Position numbers and translations under genes: made by a program. Below, in pieces: positions 27,724 to 38,775 of a DNA stretch of 64,000 nucleotides. Within the stretch, counting starts at the first letter, position 1. Every line of letters starts with the position of its first letter. Origin of the DNA: an uncultured Chlamydiae bacterium (GTDB taxonomy: Bacteria > Chlamydiota > Chlamydiia > Chlamydiales > SM23-39); contig CAWHDP010000001.1 of NCBI GenBank assembly GCA_963828125.1, forward strand, positions 96,001-160,000. Direction: 5' to 3'. The notes beneath the pieces are model-generated. The model searched no databases. It was not told the origin of the DNA and saw only the letters and a program-made list of their open reading frames with translations.

Positions 27724-29186
27724 TCAAGCCGCTTGATTTTCCGGCGCTTTTTGCACCTGCGTCTGTGCCCGCTTGCGCGCCCTGACCGGCAAGTCGATAG
27801 TACTCAGCAGCCACTCGAACACATTTCGTTGCTTTTTTCCAAAAAATCTCTCCGCAGCTGTGCCGCCGTCCTTTCGTGAGGTAAAAAATTGTGCAACACG
27901 GTGAGGGCTAGCAATTTGTTGGCACTCAGTTTGTGGAGTGCGTGATGTTTCAGTGATAAGACCCCGTTCCTCCCTTTGACACACGAGCTGGACCTTTGGA
28001 ATAGAGCAGCGCATTGCCTGGCCTTTTTGCCCCAAACCGCTTGCTCGCGGGGAGTAAGGTTAGCCCAGGGACCATCCCTTTGGCGGACCACTAAACGCGA
28101 GATGCTTTGAATCATCACGACCTTTTGGCTTTTGTCTGTGCATCGCTTCAAAACCATCTGGAGCTACTCTATGGCGACAAGGCACTCGAACGCCTGACGG
28201 CCCTGCTCGTCTAATGCGAGTCCCTGCATGACCTGGAGTAAACATCGGAAAAAAAACGCCAGAGTTTGTACCATTGATTCAGTCGCGCCTTTGGCTTTCC
28301 CGAGCTTTTTCCTTTGGCCATCTGTACTGTCGATCCGTTCGGATACTGTCTCAAGGATCTCGTGGACCTCTACTAATTCCTTCCGCAGCTGTTCAGGAGA
28401 TCGGGTGGTGCCCGTGCTGAGATCGTAAGGATGGTAGCAGGTAGTAATGGCTCTTCTGGCATCCCTCACGATCTGGTAATCTTGTTTAGCCTCCTCTAAG
28501 ACTTTCCGACATTCTTGCTCATGGCTGTCTTTCTCGAGCAATTGTTTGCCGATCTTTGCAACTTGCGGAGTGGGGTTGTCGAGCGAAGAGCCCGTTGTCT
28601 GCACGACCTCTGTGAGTTTTTTGAACCTCTCTTGTTTCATTGCCGTGGAGTCGCTGAGAGCTTTTTCAGCATGCTGCACTCTTCGGGCTAGCACACTTGT
28701 TCGCCCTCTTGTGATATCTTGCTGAACGTGGAATAAATCCGATGCCTTACTCGCGCCTAAGAGTTCTTGGGCATACTTTATAATACCGCCTGCTTCATCG
28801 CCCGTAACCTGCACGATTTTTACATTCAGCCCATTGGTGGCTGCTTGCGACACTCTCATCCAGGTCGCTGCATCTCGCTTATCCTCCTGTTGCTCTGCGA
28901 GGATAAAACCAGAATCTGGTTCCATCAGAATAAGAGTCATGTTCTCCATGATGAAGTTCTCATCAACAGCAGCGGTCATCTCCTTCAAAGACATGCCCTC
29001 GACCATGCGAACGCGCTCCTGTTTGCCGAACTCAATCAATTGCTGGTTAATCTGAGCGGACACACCGTGCAATGCGCCAATGGATGATCCGACGAATGCA
29101 CTGAGTTTGCTCAGTTCCAAGAACTTCTGTAGGGACGGTAGCCCACAACCACCTGTTGCGTGGAATACAAGATAGGCCCCTACCAA
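27724..29186 (-). pseudogene. DUF6399-type transposase pseudogene
   Basis: DLFHVQ, FQRSSSCV.GRNG.LS and DG.TAAERFFG motifs. There is an in-frame TAG at about 28164 and a later frameshift. Confidence 0.8.
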
Positions 29187-29346
29187 TATGCCGTGTAAAT
29201 GGGCCAGCCCTTCGGGAGACTCATAGAACGCTTCACAGATGTTTTACGGCCTCCTTCCTCGCTTGTCTTGAATCTCACTTTGATATAGATATCAGGTTTC
29301 ATTTACTTCCATTACTATTAATTTTTTGCTCGAGAATTTCCATGTT

Positions 29347-29736
29347 CTAACAGTTAATAATTGGCTTTTCTTTCAATTTCTCAAAAACAAAATCCTGGGC
29401 AATAATTTCTATTGTTTCATCATAAAACCGAAGGACATAATGCTTGCATTTATCTAGAATCCTAGCTTGTTCTTGCCCAAATTCACGTATCCAAGGTGAA
29501 TCCAATATCTCAAAAAATGCGCCATCACTGGGCAAATTTATCAAATAGCTTGCTCTCGAAAATTCTTCTCCAAATACCTTGTACGCTACAATTCCTTTGC
29601 ATTGCAGACTCCAATAAGTATCATCTTCATCTCTGTGATAACTTAGTTTAAATCCTTTGCAATCAGACAAACATAATAGTTCACAATCTCTTGCCCATGT
29701 TCCCGCGGCTTGGATGTCTATTTTTTCAATTTTCAT
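29347..29736 (-). CDS. Orphan immunity-like protein
   Basis: Low-GC 129-aa ORF ending in FFEI.DS.W...KHY...FYDE.IEIIA. The upstream region is cut by an ISAs1 end. Confidence 0.55.
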   Translation of the reverse strand: MKIEKIDIQAAGTWARDCELLCLSDCKGFKLSYHRDEDDTYWSLQCKGIVAYKVFGEEFSRASYLINLPSDGAFFEILDSPWIREFGQEQARILDKCKHYVLRFYDETIEIIAQDFVFEKLKEKPIINC

Positions 29737-29803
29737 ATATTTCTCATATTTTATTCATTCTATTGGACCAATTAAAGAAGTATTTGGTGCGCCACCTCTT
29801 ATC

Positions 29804-31103
29804 CAGGGCGATTTAACTAAAATTTTTTGATACGCCTGAACAGAAAAATCTTGCCAATATTCCTTTCAGATATCCGCTACCGAAAGTCGCTGCTCGTCTC
29901 ACAGAGGCAAGCCCTCTATCCGGATCTGCAACTGCAGCCATATTCATAGCTAAGCGACGAAACAACCCCAAATTTTCTGCGCTATTTCCTCTGTCCATCA
30001 ACACATCATCCTCTCTAAAGATCACATCAGCTACCCAATGGCAATTGTTTTCTACGTGCCAATGCTGCCTGGTCCACTTAGCAAAATGCTTGGCAGATGC
30101 TCGACGACTCGAAATATACAGCCGTCTTAACGTCTCGCTTGCGGTTGATCCGGTTTTTTGCCTTGTGGATCGTACTTCGACCAGGCAGACCAAGTTCTTC
30201 CATCTGTCAACATTAGGCAGCCAATCCAAGTCCTCTACGACTTGTACTTCTCGAATATCGATTCGACCATGACCTTTTTCGACTTCCTGGTAAAATGAAT
30301 GTGAGACTTCCTCCCATTCGGCTGCATGTGCCTGATCGAAAAAATTTTCCAACTCAGCGCAAAGAGTGGGCTGGTTTTCTTTAACAGCCAACAGATAATC
30401 TGCTTTTGCATCAACGATTTTTGCTGCTGATTCAGGTACGGTAAAATGAGCATCGCCCGAAATAATCGCACCTTCTACATCCACCTGCTCCAAAATAATT
30501 GGCAGTGTGCTCTTCTCGACCGTTTTATCGGGGACTTTTTCTGCGGCAAGACATAGACGATCTTCTGCAGCGAACAACTCTACTACATGGGTAATGCGGC
30601 CCAAAAAATTAGCCTCCCTCAGTCTTTTGCCGTCGATCGCCAACAGTTGATCGCGCAATGAACTAGGAATTTTACTGAACCATTTTTGTAAATAGCTCTT
30701 GAGAGCGTTCGGGGGTGTTTTGACTAAAAACCACCAAAGCGATCCATGGGAAGGAGCTGAAACCGGTTCTCCTAGTAGCGAGGCAAACCATTCCTCTTGT
30801 AGATGGGCATATTCGGCAATTTCCTCGATAGTATTGCACCCGCAAAAGAACCCGCAGAGAATCACAAGGGATAGGTACCAAACGGGGTACAAGACTCGTT
30901 TTTGGTTGCGTCGATAATCAGGGAAATCGAAAAACGACCCCTTGACAGTCTCTGCAAATATATGCGCGTCGAATTCCTTACTGGCTTCTAGGATTTTGGC
31001 ATCAATCGGTTTACGTCGTGACATAGGACCTCCTTAAATATGAGGTATTTACTATGCCATGTTACCAGATCTGTTATCAAAAAATTTTAGTTAAATCGCC
31101 CTG
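29804..31103 (-). mobile_element. ISAs1-family IS (1300 bp) with perfect 29-bp TIRs
   Basis: cagggcgatttaactaaaattttttgata at both ends. No target duplication is visible. Confidence 0.95.
29813..31024 (-). CDS. ISAs1-family transposase (intact)
   Basis: AIDGK.LR, DYLLAVKENQPTL, GHGRI..R and RQHW.VEN..HW..DV.F.ED motifs. Confidence 0.95.
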   Translation of the reverse strand: MSRRKPIDAKILEASKEFDAHIFAETVKGSFFDFPDYRRNQKRVLYPVWYLSLVILCGFFCGCNTIEEIAEYAHLQEEWFASLLGEPVSAPSHGSLWWFLVKTPPNALKSYLQKWFSKIPSSLRDQLLAIDGKRLREANFLGRITHVVELFAAEDRLCLAAEKVPDKTVEKSTLPIILEQVDVEGAIISGDAHFTVPESAAKIVDAKADYLLAVKENQPTLCAELENFFDQAHAAEWEEVSHSFYQEVEKGHGRIDIREVQVVEDLDWLPNVDRWKNLVCLVEVRSTRQKTGSTASETLRRLYISSRRASAKHFAKWTRQHWHVENNCHWVADVIFREDDVLMDRGNSAENLGLFRRLAMNMAAVADPDRGLASVRRAATFGSGYLKGILARFFCSGVSKNFS

Positions 31104-31136
31104 ACTTTACGGGTTTTTTATAACCTGGAGATACAC

Positions 31137-31280
31137 ATGAGTTTTTCATTACCGGCAAATGCCCCTCTTCTTCTCGCCTTCGGAGAGCTTTCCGATCCCC
31201 GCAAAAAACGAAACCAAAGTTACCCTCTGATCGATATAGTTGCCAGCGTAAGGATTGATTCTAAAAAAACATATCTGTAG
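31137..31280 (+). pseudogene. N-terminal fragment of a second, different ISAs1 transposase
   Basis: Hand translation gives MSFSLPANAPLLLAFGELSDPRKKRNQSYPLIDIV..., with a GGAG RBS. Confidence 0.65.
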
Positions 31281-31307
31281 GATGGCAGATCCTAACGGAG
31301 TTCTGAT

Positions 31308-31532
31308 GTGGGCTATCACACTATTTCCATTTTGAAGAGCTTGGTATTTCTCGCGATGTTCGCCATTCCTTCTCATATCCTCCTTCCAAAAGGGCTTCAT
31401 TTTTGGAGGGAATGGAAAAAAACAGGAAAGGTCTCTCACCTTTCTAATGCCGTAGCGTGCGCTATGTTTATGGTGTTTTTTTATGTGGGAGCTCTAGTCA
31501 TTTCAATCATGAGATTAGTTGGATTAGCATGA
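31308..31532 (+). CDS. Small membrane protein
   Basis: Two hydrophobic helices; ATGA coupling to the next gene. Confidence 0.5.
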   Translation: MGYHTISILKSLVFLAMFAIPSHILLPKGLHFWREWKKTGKVSHLSNAVACAMFMVFFYVGALVISIMRLVGLA

Positions 31533-32143
31533 CCAAATTACTGATGGTTTTCTTACTTGTTTTATTCAATCTGGGGTATTGCGGATGTTCAAACGTACCT
31601 GAGGCCATTAGAAAAGATTATGCATCAGGGATGTTTGAGGCTTTTATTACCCAATCATACGGCAAATCCACAATTGCATTTTACCAGTTTGATGTTGCAA
31701 GGGAAAAAGCAAAAAAGGTTGGGGAAAATCCTCTGAGATTGATAGCAATTGAAAGATTATTTGGATGGTACAGAACGTATGCTTCCTCTCTAGATTTATA
31801 CCACAAACGCCCAGAGGGGAACGATCGGATAAATGGTGAATATAAACGTCCTTATTCACACACTTGCGGAAATAATCTTTATGAGTCTGAGTGGGGGAAA
31901 ACTCCAGAACAGGCAAGACTCATAAGAGAATTTATGTTCGGCGTTGGAGAGATTATTTCGGCGGTTTTCTGTGCCACAATAAGCGGCGGCACTTTTGGTC
32001 TGCTAGGTGGGGCTGGGATCGGTTACGATGGTCTTTCTCGCATTTACTCATCATTAAATTCCTTATGGGCTCTGCATCAAGCTGAATTGATTGCATTGAA
32101 AGAATGGGAAAATTCATCCCTAAAACCAGCGATTGCTCAGTAA
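31529..32143 (+). CDS. Exported/lipoprotein-like hypothetical protein
   Basis: MTKLLMVFLLVLFNLGYCGC signal or lipobox-like start, and a Gly-rich hydrophobic segment near the C-terminus. Confidence 0.6.
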   Translation: MTKLLMVFLLVLFNLGYCGCSNVPEAIRKDYASGMFEAFITQSYGKSTIAFYQFDVAREKAKKVGENPLRLIAIERLFGWYRTYASSLDLYHKRPEGNDRINGEYKRPYSHTCGNNLYESEWGKTPEQARLIREFMFGVGEIISAVFCATISGGTFGLLGGAGIGYDGLSRIYSSLNSLWALHQAELIALKEWENSSLKPAIAQ

Positions 32144-32198
32144 ACTTTTCTGGACACAAACCTAGATGGCCGCTTTTTTCCTAGGTTTTTTCTGCCTC

Positions 32199-32600
32199 TT
32201 ACGTCGAGATCCGCCCAACTGAAGGATGTTTGCTATAAGAACGCTTTCCTTCTGAACAGAGAAGCAGTTCAAAGCCATTCGTTTGGGGATCAAAATAGAG
32301 TTCGTTATTTTTGAGGTTTGTCCAGCAGCTGATAGTTCCTTTAGCGGTATTCGTTATCCCTGCTACTTCACCTTCTGGGTCAATTTTAAATAGGGACTTC
32401 TTTAAGGAGTTGGTAGTGTTCTGCCAGCCGACATAGGTTAGAATTGTCCCGTCTGGATTGCCGACATAGACATAAGTGCGTTCAAACTTCCCCTCAGCCG
32501 TCGTATAGGATTTTCCCTTAGGGTCTTTTTGCATAGAGAGAAAACAGTGCGGATTGAACCTCCATCCGCCAAAACTAGCTGTTTGAATCATCGCCTTCAT
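32199..32600 (-). CDS. Hypothetical protein or remnant
   Basis: 133-aa ORF. No family recognised. Confidence 0.35.
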   Translation of the reverse strand: MKAMIQTASFGGWRFNPHCFLSMQKDPKGKSYTTAEGKFERTYVYVGNPDGTILTYVGWQNTTNSLKKSLFKIDPEGEVAGITNTAKGTISCWTNLKNNELYFDPQTNGFELLLCSEGKRSYSKHPSVGRIST

Positions 32601-33183
32601 CTACAACACACGTGTGTTTTTTGCTGCAAGGGGAGCATGTCGTGTCGCCGCACTGAGAACAAATGACGCTCGCTGCTTTTTTGCAAGATTCACAAGAAAG
32701 AGCAGGGGGATCATTTTGCATGAGTATCGTTACTTTTTTCTGCTGACAAGCGTTAATTTTTGCCACAACTTGGATTTCTAGGTCTGTGGAGGATCCCATG
32801 TCATAAACATATTGGCATGTTGAGCCAGGAGATAAAAGTTGGCCTATTTGATTTTTCATCGATTGGCTGGGGTTTCCAGATTCAGAGTGAGACATATAGC
32901 GGCGGCCCCCGATTGTGAATTCACTCAAGTGACCGCAACACTCAAGCCATATGCCTCTTAAAAAGGTATCCAGAAGACCTAAAGAAGCATTTTTTGGAAT
33001 CGTTGCAAAGATCCAATACATGCCAGGCTGTTCAGACCATGAGATTCGGATCAGATATCCTTCTGTCATTGATGGTGGGGGGATGTAAGATTTCAGAGCG
33101 CATGCGAGTAAATGAGCTCCTGCTTGCGCCGCAGCATACATTTTTCCGCACTTGGGGCATTTGCCTTTAGTTTTTATTTTCAT
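32575..33183 (-). CDS. pRiA4b ORF3-like (TnpR passenger) zinc-binding protein, probably C-terminally truncated
   Basis: LD.FLR.IWLECCGHLS.F and Y.YD.GS.T motifs, flanked by CxxC clusters. Confidence 0.75.
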   Translation of the reverse strand: MKIKTKGKCPKCGKMYAAAQAGAHLLACALKSYIPPPSMTEGYLIRISWSEQPGMYWIFATIPKNASLGLLDTFLRGIWLECCGHLSEFTIGGRRYMSHSESGNPSQSMKNQIGQLLSPGSTCQYVYDMGSSTDLEIQVVAKINACQQKKVTILMQNDPPALSCESCKKAASVICSQCGDTTCSPCSKKHTCVVDEGDDSNS

Positions 33184-33433
33184 CGACGTTTTCCGTTTCG
33201 ATATATTTTTCTAGATATGACTCAGAGATTTCAATAGAGCTGCCATCGCCAAATTCTATTGTATATAGCCAGTCCCCAATATGAATGTTAAACTCGTTGG
33301 ACAGCTTTTCAGACTTAACCTGTTCCATTCCGCATACCACTGCAATTATTCCTGAAGGATAAGGAGGAGGTGCGTTGTGCTTAATTATTATAAGGTCATT
33401 CCATGTAAATAAATTAGTTTCTCCGCTTGTCAT
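33167..33433 (-). CDS. Small orphan immunity-like protein
   Basis: Low-GC ORF downstream of the Rhs immunity gene, containing YTIEFGDGSSIEI.E..L. Confidence 0.55.
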   Translation of the reverse strand: MTSGETNLFTWNDLIIIKHNAPPPYPSGIIAVVCGMEQVKSEKLSNEFNIHIGDWLYTIEFGDGSSIEISESYLEKYIETENVDENKN

Positions 33434-33467
33434 GCTGGTTTTTATAGATAAATTTTTATTTTATTTC

Positions 33468-33923
33468 TCATTTTTCGAAATTTGGTTCTAGTAACTCCAC
33501 CTCTTTAAACCTTCTTTTAATCCTGTCAATCAAATCTTGATTTTTAGAGAAAACTTGCCAAAATGCACAATCTACTAATTCAATCACTACATCACAAGAT
33601 TGATACATTTCTTGATCCTTATCATAACGATGTAGAAATTCTTGATTTTTACATCCTAAAATAATTGTCTCATATATCTGAAATAACTGATTTCCTATAA
33701 AAAAGACATCGTCCCATTTTAATTTCAATCCTTCTTTAGATTTGTTTATTTTGTTTTTATAGTCGTTGACAGTGTCAGCATTTCCTGGGTTAGGTGTTCC
33801 ATCTAAAAACAAAATACACCAATTTAAATCGTTTCCTTTTTGGATTAATTTTAAAATGTCAGAAATTTTCACGTTTAAGACATTATCTTTGCTGTCTGAT
33901 ATTCGTATTCCATGAGTTTGCAT
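33468..33923 (-). CDS. Cognate immunity protein of RhsA
   Basis: TAATG coupling to the toxin stop. The C-terminal I...D...W.V.S....LI..I pattern is shared with 46015..46491. Confidence 0.8.
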   Translation of the reverse strand: MQTHGIRISDSKDNVLNVKISDILKLIQKGNDLNWCILFLDGTPNPGNADTVNDYKNKINKSKEGLKLKWDDVFFIGNQLFQIYETIILGCKNQEFLHRYDKDQEMYQSCDVVIELVDCAFWQVFSKNQDLIDRIKRRFKEVELLEPNFEK

Positions 33924-36900
33924 TAATATCTCCATTCTGGAACAGGCTCCGGTTTACCTCTTTGCGGAGTTCCTCCTGTAGGATTTGGCTCTGGTCTATG
34001 TTGATGTGGATTTGGGTGTTTTTTCGGATATCCATGGTCAGTGAAATCAATATCACGAACGGGCTTCCCATCCTTATCAAATTCTCTAGCTTGTGGATAT
34101 TTTCCCTTACTTCCATCTCTAGTTCCTAACTCGGTGTGAGGAGCATCTGTTTCTGGTAATGGAATTCCATTTTCTGTTAAAGGCAAGGGTCTATCTGGTG
34201 CGTATACATCAGTATTTTTCCAAGATATGTTAGGCAATTTAATATCCTGAGCATGATAGGTAGTTGTTGCAAGCCCAAGACCCATCAACGCAGCACCAGT
34301 ACTTGTTGTCACTCCCAGGCCAAGAGTGAATCCACCAACAGTAACCACTTCAAGTGCAAAACCGCCGGCCATGATGGTTCCACCCAAAATGATCTCTCCT
34401 AATCCTAAGAGGTATCCTCCTATGCTTTCACCGTAAGGATCTCGATATAGAAATGGGTTATTGAAAACGTATTGATAGAGGTTTGAATGATCGATAGGCC
34501 CTAGGGGATCAGGAGTAAGCCAACGAGTCAGTTGTGGATCATAGTAACGCTTGCCGAAGTAGATAAGCCCTGTTTTTGCATCGTATCTTTTTCCTGCATA
34601 GGCATAGGGGATTGCATCTGTTAAGCCTAGCCCAAATGCATCGCAAGAGTTCTCCTTAACGATCTTTTTTGTGTTCCAATTAACAAGAGATCGGATTGTT
34701 CCTTGTACATCTTGAATAGGAGCAAAGACGCGGTTTTCAATTTCAATGGCAACGATGTTTTGATGGCCTGGTATTTTGAGCTCTTTTGCTTGGCCCTCTT
34801 CAAAAGATCCAATCTCCTCATCGTCGATATAAAGATAAGAGGTATTGCCTTTCTGCAGTCTTCTTCCAACTGCATCATAAACGAAATTTTCTCCTTCCGC
34901 TGAAATGAGCTGATCGAATGCATCAAAAATGAAGCCGGATTTTATGAGATTTCCATTTTTGTCGTATGGAAGTCCCTGGATTTGTCCTGCCTCGTCAACT
35001 GGTTGAGCTTGTCCATTTTTTTCAATGCAGTTGTAATGTTGATCATAGCATGCTATGAACTTGCCAGTTTCTGAAGTGAGCTGGGAAGCATTATCGTAAG
35101 TATAAGTGACTGCTCCTCTCCTGATAAGGTTACCTGCTTCATCGTAGACAAGTTCCTCTTTAAGGTATGGATTTATTTGGGATGTCCTTCTTACTCCGGT
35201 TTTGTCATAGGCATAGGTGGTGTGAAAGAGTCCTGTTTCTGACAATGGAAGGCCAGCTTCATTGTATCGATCATAGTTGTGTGTATAGAGGATAGATCCA
35301 CTCGGGTGTAGACGGGTAATTGTTTTTAAAAAAGGTCCTTCGTATTCATATTCAATACGGCTGTAATCGGGCAGAGTTCTTTCCAAGGGGCGATTCCAAT
35401 CGTCGTATTTACTTTCAATCCAGAGCCCATTTGAAAATTCTTCTCTTAAAGTATTGCCAAAGGGATCGAGCGTTCTTGAAAAACCACTTCCCTGAATGAG
35501 ACGCCCCAAGCGATCATAGCTGAACTCACGCGAACCTACTTTAGTCAGCTCTCCTTGAAGGTTATATTCATAGGCTAGGACGGTACCATCGGGTTTAATT
35601 TTTGTTTGGAGTTTTCCTCCTGGCGTATAGGTCCAAAAAGTCGTTCGCATCCCTCCGTCGAGCATCGAAGAGCGCAATCCTCCAGGAGTATAAGAAAAGC
35701 TTAAATGACCTTGCCGAATCAGGCGGAGTGCGCAGTCGTATTCGAATTCTTCTGAAACACACCCAGGGATTTCCCTTTTAAGAAGTAGGTCATGCGCGTT
35801 ATACGTTTCAATCGTCTCTATGTTTCTTGGATCTCTTATCGTCTTGACTGAGACTTGATTGCCTTCATCGTAGGTAATGATTGTTTTGGCCCCTTCTTCA
35901 TCCATTGTCTCAATCAAGCGATTATAAGAATCGTAGGAATAAGAAGTGATGCCTGCTCGAGTGACCGTAGCAACGAGGCCGGATGGATCGTAAGTCCAAC
36001 AAGTGACGAGACGCCCCTCGATCGATTTTTCCAGGATCTGCCCGATTTGATTGCGAAGATATGTAGTAGAACGGTCTGTTCGTTCTTCGACTGATAAAAA
36101 ACCGAGGGGATCGTAAGAAAATTTTGTTTTTCGGCCGGCTCTTTCTTCCTCTGTTTTGCGTCCTGCTAAATCGTATCGAATTTTGGTCACGATGCCTTGA
36201 GGATCGATTTCTTCGATTAAATCGTAGGCATCGTAGGAATACGAAGTAGTATAGGAACCTACGGTTTTAGAAAGAGTTCTCCCTAATGCGTCATAGGTAA
36301 AGGTTGTTTTGAGTCCGTCAGGGTCAGCTTGCGAAGCTAAAAGACCATTTTGCGCGTACTCATAAGTTTGTATGCCTCCATCTGGATTGATAACCTCAAC
36401 CGGATTGCCGTAGCTATCCACCTTAGTTCTTGTGGTGGCATCATATATATCGCTACGTTTGATTTCTCTTCCGAAAGAATCATAGGTGACTTTGAGCAAT
36501 GTTGGAGGTGATTCGATTAGGATAGGTTTATGATGGACGGGGTGGTAAGAATAACTTGTTTTTAGCCCAAGATAATCGGTTTTTTCGATTAAATCATCCC
36601 AAGCGTTATAGATAAAACGAGTGACGTGATCGTTCTCTTTGATGGAGCACAGTCTTCCTTTAGCATCGAAGGTGCGGTCTATGGCAAGTGTCCCCGAAAA
36701 AGGAATTTCATGGATACAGCGATTTCGATGGTCGTATTGGTAAGTGGCTGTGTGACCTAAGGGATTAGTTTCTTCGAGAAGATTTCCCTTTGAATCGTAC
36801 GTCCTTTCTAATATGTAAGTCAAATTCCCATCTGATCCAAAATGCTCTTCTTCGGAAATATTTCCATATTCATCGTAAATAAAATTGGTTTTATGAATAA

Positions 36901-38476
36901 GCGCCCCGTTCCAGTCGCGCTCTTCTTTCCATTGGATACGATGTAGATTAGGTCCTTGGGTGTTCAGAATGTAGTGAGTGCGAGTTCTTCCCTCTTCCGC
37001 CTCTTCGATTAAGTTATTTGCTTCATCATAAAAGTAAGAAGTTTTACGAATAGGCTTTCCCCATTCTAGGGTCGTTTTGGAGGTGGGAAGGCGTGTATTT
37101 TGTAAGTATGTATATTCAGTCCCGAGTCCATCATCTCTTTCTTCTCGAATGAGCCGGCCCCTCGTAGTGAAGGTTCGCTTAATGCAAAAAGTACCAAAAT
37201 CTCCTTCGGTTTTCTCGAGAACGGGATTCCCTTCAGGATCGCATTCATAGTTGTAGGCAATGAGGAGATTGCCGGCTCCATCTCGGGTTTCAATGCGCTG
37301 GATGTGTTGCTTGGAGTTGTAAGTGAAGGTCTTTTGATTAATGAGGGTGCCACCCAACCAATTTTCAAGAGCGGAAAGGAGGAGATTTTGATTGAAGCGG
37401 TAAATAGTAGAGGCACCGTTTCCGTATTCTGCTTTCGTCCAGCCATCTTTTTGCCCTGCAATCGGAGGATCGTAGGAAAAAAGAGTAGACCCAGATGGGG
37501 TATTTAGACGCTGCGTGCGAGCAACTGTTCCTTTATTCTTGAAATATTCAAAGGACACAGGATAGTTTTTTGCATCATAATATGAGAGCAGGCTCCTCTC
37601 GTTATATTCAACCCTGTTGGAATAAATTGGATTAGATGCCGTTGTGAGAACTGATGTCCTATAAGAAAAGCTTTCTTTCGATTTTCCTCTCTTTACCTTG
37701 CCTTTAACTTCAAATACGTCATAGTTGAACCTTGATTCTCTTCCGTCAGACCCAACGTATGCGTTTTCTCCAATTTTTTTTATCGAGGCATAAGTATATT
37801 TGCCGGATTTATCTGTAGATGTGATTCTAGATAGCCCTTGGGTGTCATATTCGTAAGCGATGCGCTTTCCATTGGGAAGAAGTTCAGCTTCTAGTCGATA
37901 TAGTGCAGAGGATTGTTTTCGATAGACGCGCTCTGTTCCGTCCGGCCAAATAATGCGCGTTGCATCTGAATCTATCGAAAATTCAATATTACGAAGATCT
38001 GCTGTACTATCCGGTTTTCCCTGTCTTAAATTGCTGAAACCGTAGGCGTTCGTTTTTAGAATTCCCTTATTGCCGCGAATTTCGAATTCCAGGACAAAAC
38101 CGCTGGGATCACGCACCTGAAAATAAGAAGAATGAAAATTAAATCCAGCCCAAAGATGGGGTAATATTGCCCACCGCCTGCTTTCTTGAGACGCCAAACT
38201 TTTCCCTAAGAGCAAACGATCGAAATCATCTTTGTCTTCATATCGACCGAGAATTTGAGGAGGCACATAGGTTCTTTTTAATGCGAGATCTTGTGCAGCC
38301 TTAATATGCAGGTCTGTTTCATGAAGGGAGACTTGTCCAGACAAAGGGGAAATATAGCCATCGATCAGAAGATTTGTACTTAAAGAGGCAATTTCATCGG
38401 GAGTTGAAGGCCCTACATTTTCGAAAGGAGCAGCGATCAGTCGGGAAGTGAAGATAAAACATAGTAACCATCGCAT
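33923..38476 (-). CDS. RhsA: full-length Rhs/YD-repeat toxin with signal peptide and Ntox24-like RNase tip
   Basis: MRWLLCFIFTSRLIA signal-like start; YD repeats; RWLTPDPLG...NNPF.Y.DPYG core; Gly-rich hydrophobic hairpin; tip HT.LGT...REFD..G......DFTDHG...HPNPH.H. Confidence 0.92.
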   Translation of the reverse strand: MRWLLCFIFTSRLIAAPFENVGPSTPDEIASLSTNLLIDGYISPLSGQVSLHETDLHIKAAQDLALKRTYVPPQILGRYEDKDDFDRLLLGKSLASQESRRWAILPHLWAGFNFHSSYFQVRDPSGFVLEFEIRGNKGILKTNAYGFSNLRQGKPDSTADLRNIEFSIDSDATRIIWPDGTERVYRKQSSALYRLEAELLPNGKRIAYEYDTQGLSRITSTDKSGKYTYASIKKIGENAYVGSDGRESRFNYDVFEVKGKVKRGKSKESFSYRTSVLTTASNPIYSNRVEYNERSLLSYYDAKNYPVSFEYFKNKGTVARTQRLNTPSGSTLFSYDPPIAGQKDGWTKAEYGNGASTIYRFNQNLLLSALENWLGGTLINQKTFTYNSKQHIQRIETRDGAGNLLIAYNYECDPEGNPVLEKTEGDFGTFCIKRTFTTRGRLIREERDDGLGTEYTYLQNTRLPTSKTTLEWGKPIRKTSYFYDEANNLIEEAEEGRTRTHYILNTQGPNLHRIQWKEERDWNGALIHKTNFIYDEYGNISEEEHFGSDGNLTYILERTYDSKGNLLEETNPLGHTATYQYDHRNRCIHEIPFSGTLAIDRTFDAKGRLCSIKENDHVTRFIYNAWDDLIEKTDYLGLKTSYSYHPVHHKPILIESPPTLLKVTYDSFGREIKRSDIYDATTRTKVDSYGNPVEVINPDGGIQTYEYAQNGLLASQADPDGLKTTFTYDALGRTLSKTVGSYTTSYSYDAYDLIEEIDPQGIVTKIRYDLAGRKTEEERAGRKTKFSYDPLGFLSVEERTDRSTTYLRNQIGQILEKSIEGRLVTCWTYDPSGLVATVTRAGITSYSYDSYNRLIETMDEEGAKTIITYDEGNQVSVKTIRDPRNIETIETYNAHDLLLKREIPGCVSEEFEYDCALRLIRQGHLSFSYTPGGLRSSMLDGGMRTTFWTYTPGGKLQTKIKPDGTVLAYEYNLQGELTKVGSREFSYDRLGRLIQGSGFSRTLDPFGNTLREEFSNGLWIESKYDDWNRPLERTLPDYSRIEYEYEGPFLKTITRLHPSGSILYTHNYDRYNEAGLPLSETGLFHTTYAYDKTGVRRTSQINPYLKEELVYDEAGNLIRRGAVTYTYDNASQLTSETGKFIACYDQHYNCIEKNGQAQPVDEAGQIQGLPYDKNGNLIKSGFIFDAFDQLISAEGENFVYDAVGRRLQKGNTSYLYIDDEEIGSFEEGQAKELKIPGHQNIVAIEIENRVFAPIQDVQGTIRSLVNWNTKKIVKENSCDAFGLGLTDAIPYAYAGKRYDAKTGLIYFGKRYYDPQLTRWLTPDPLGPIDHSNLYQYVFNNPFLYRDPYGESIGGYLLGLGEIILGGTIMAGGFALEVVTVGGFTLGLGVTTSTGAALMGLGLATTTYHAQDIKLPNISWKNTDVYAPDRPLPLTENGIPLPETDAPHTELGTRDGSKGKYPQAREFDKDGKPVRDIDFTDHGYPKKHPNPHQHRPEPNPTGGTPQRGKPEPVPEWRY

Positions 38477-38775
38477 AAAAGTCCCCAATGTTGACGCTTG
38501 GCCCATACGAAACCCATGACTTAAGAGAAAAGATTGTAACGAGAAAGGCGATTTCAATCTATTGCGAATAAAGGTCTTTTGTTGCTTTGCGCGGTTCGAG
38601 CGCTGTGACTGAATCTAGAAACATCTAATTTCGATGTTTTTATAGGCGCTCTCTTTGTGTCTTGGTGCTCTCTGATGATTCACGGAAATTTTCGCCACAC
38701 TGTTGCGACTTTTGAACTGTTTGTAGATTTCGAATGGATCAAGTTATTCTAAGTCTTTAAAAATAAGATATATAA

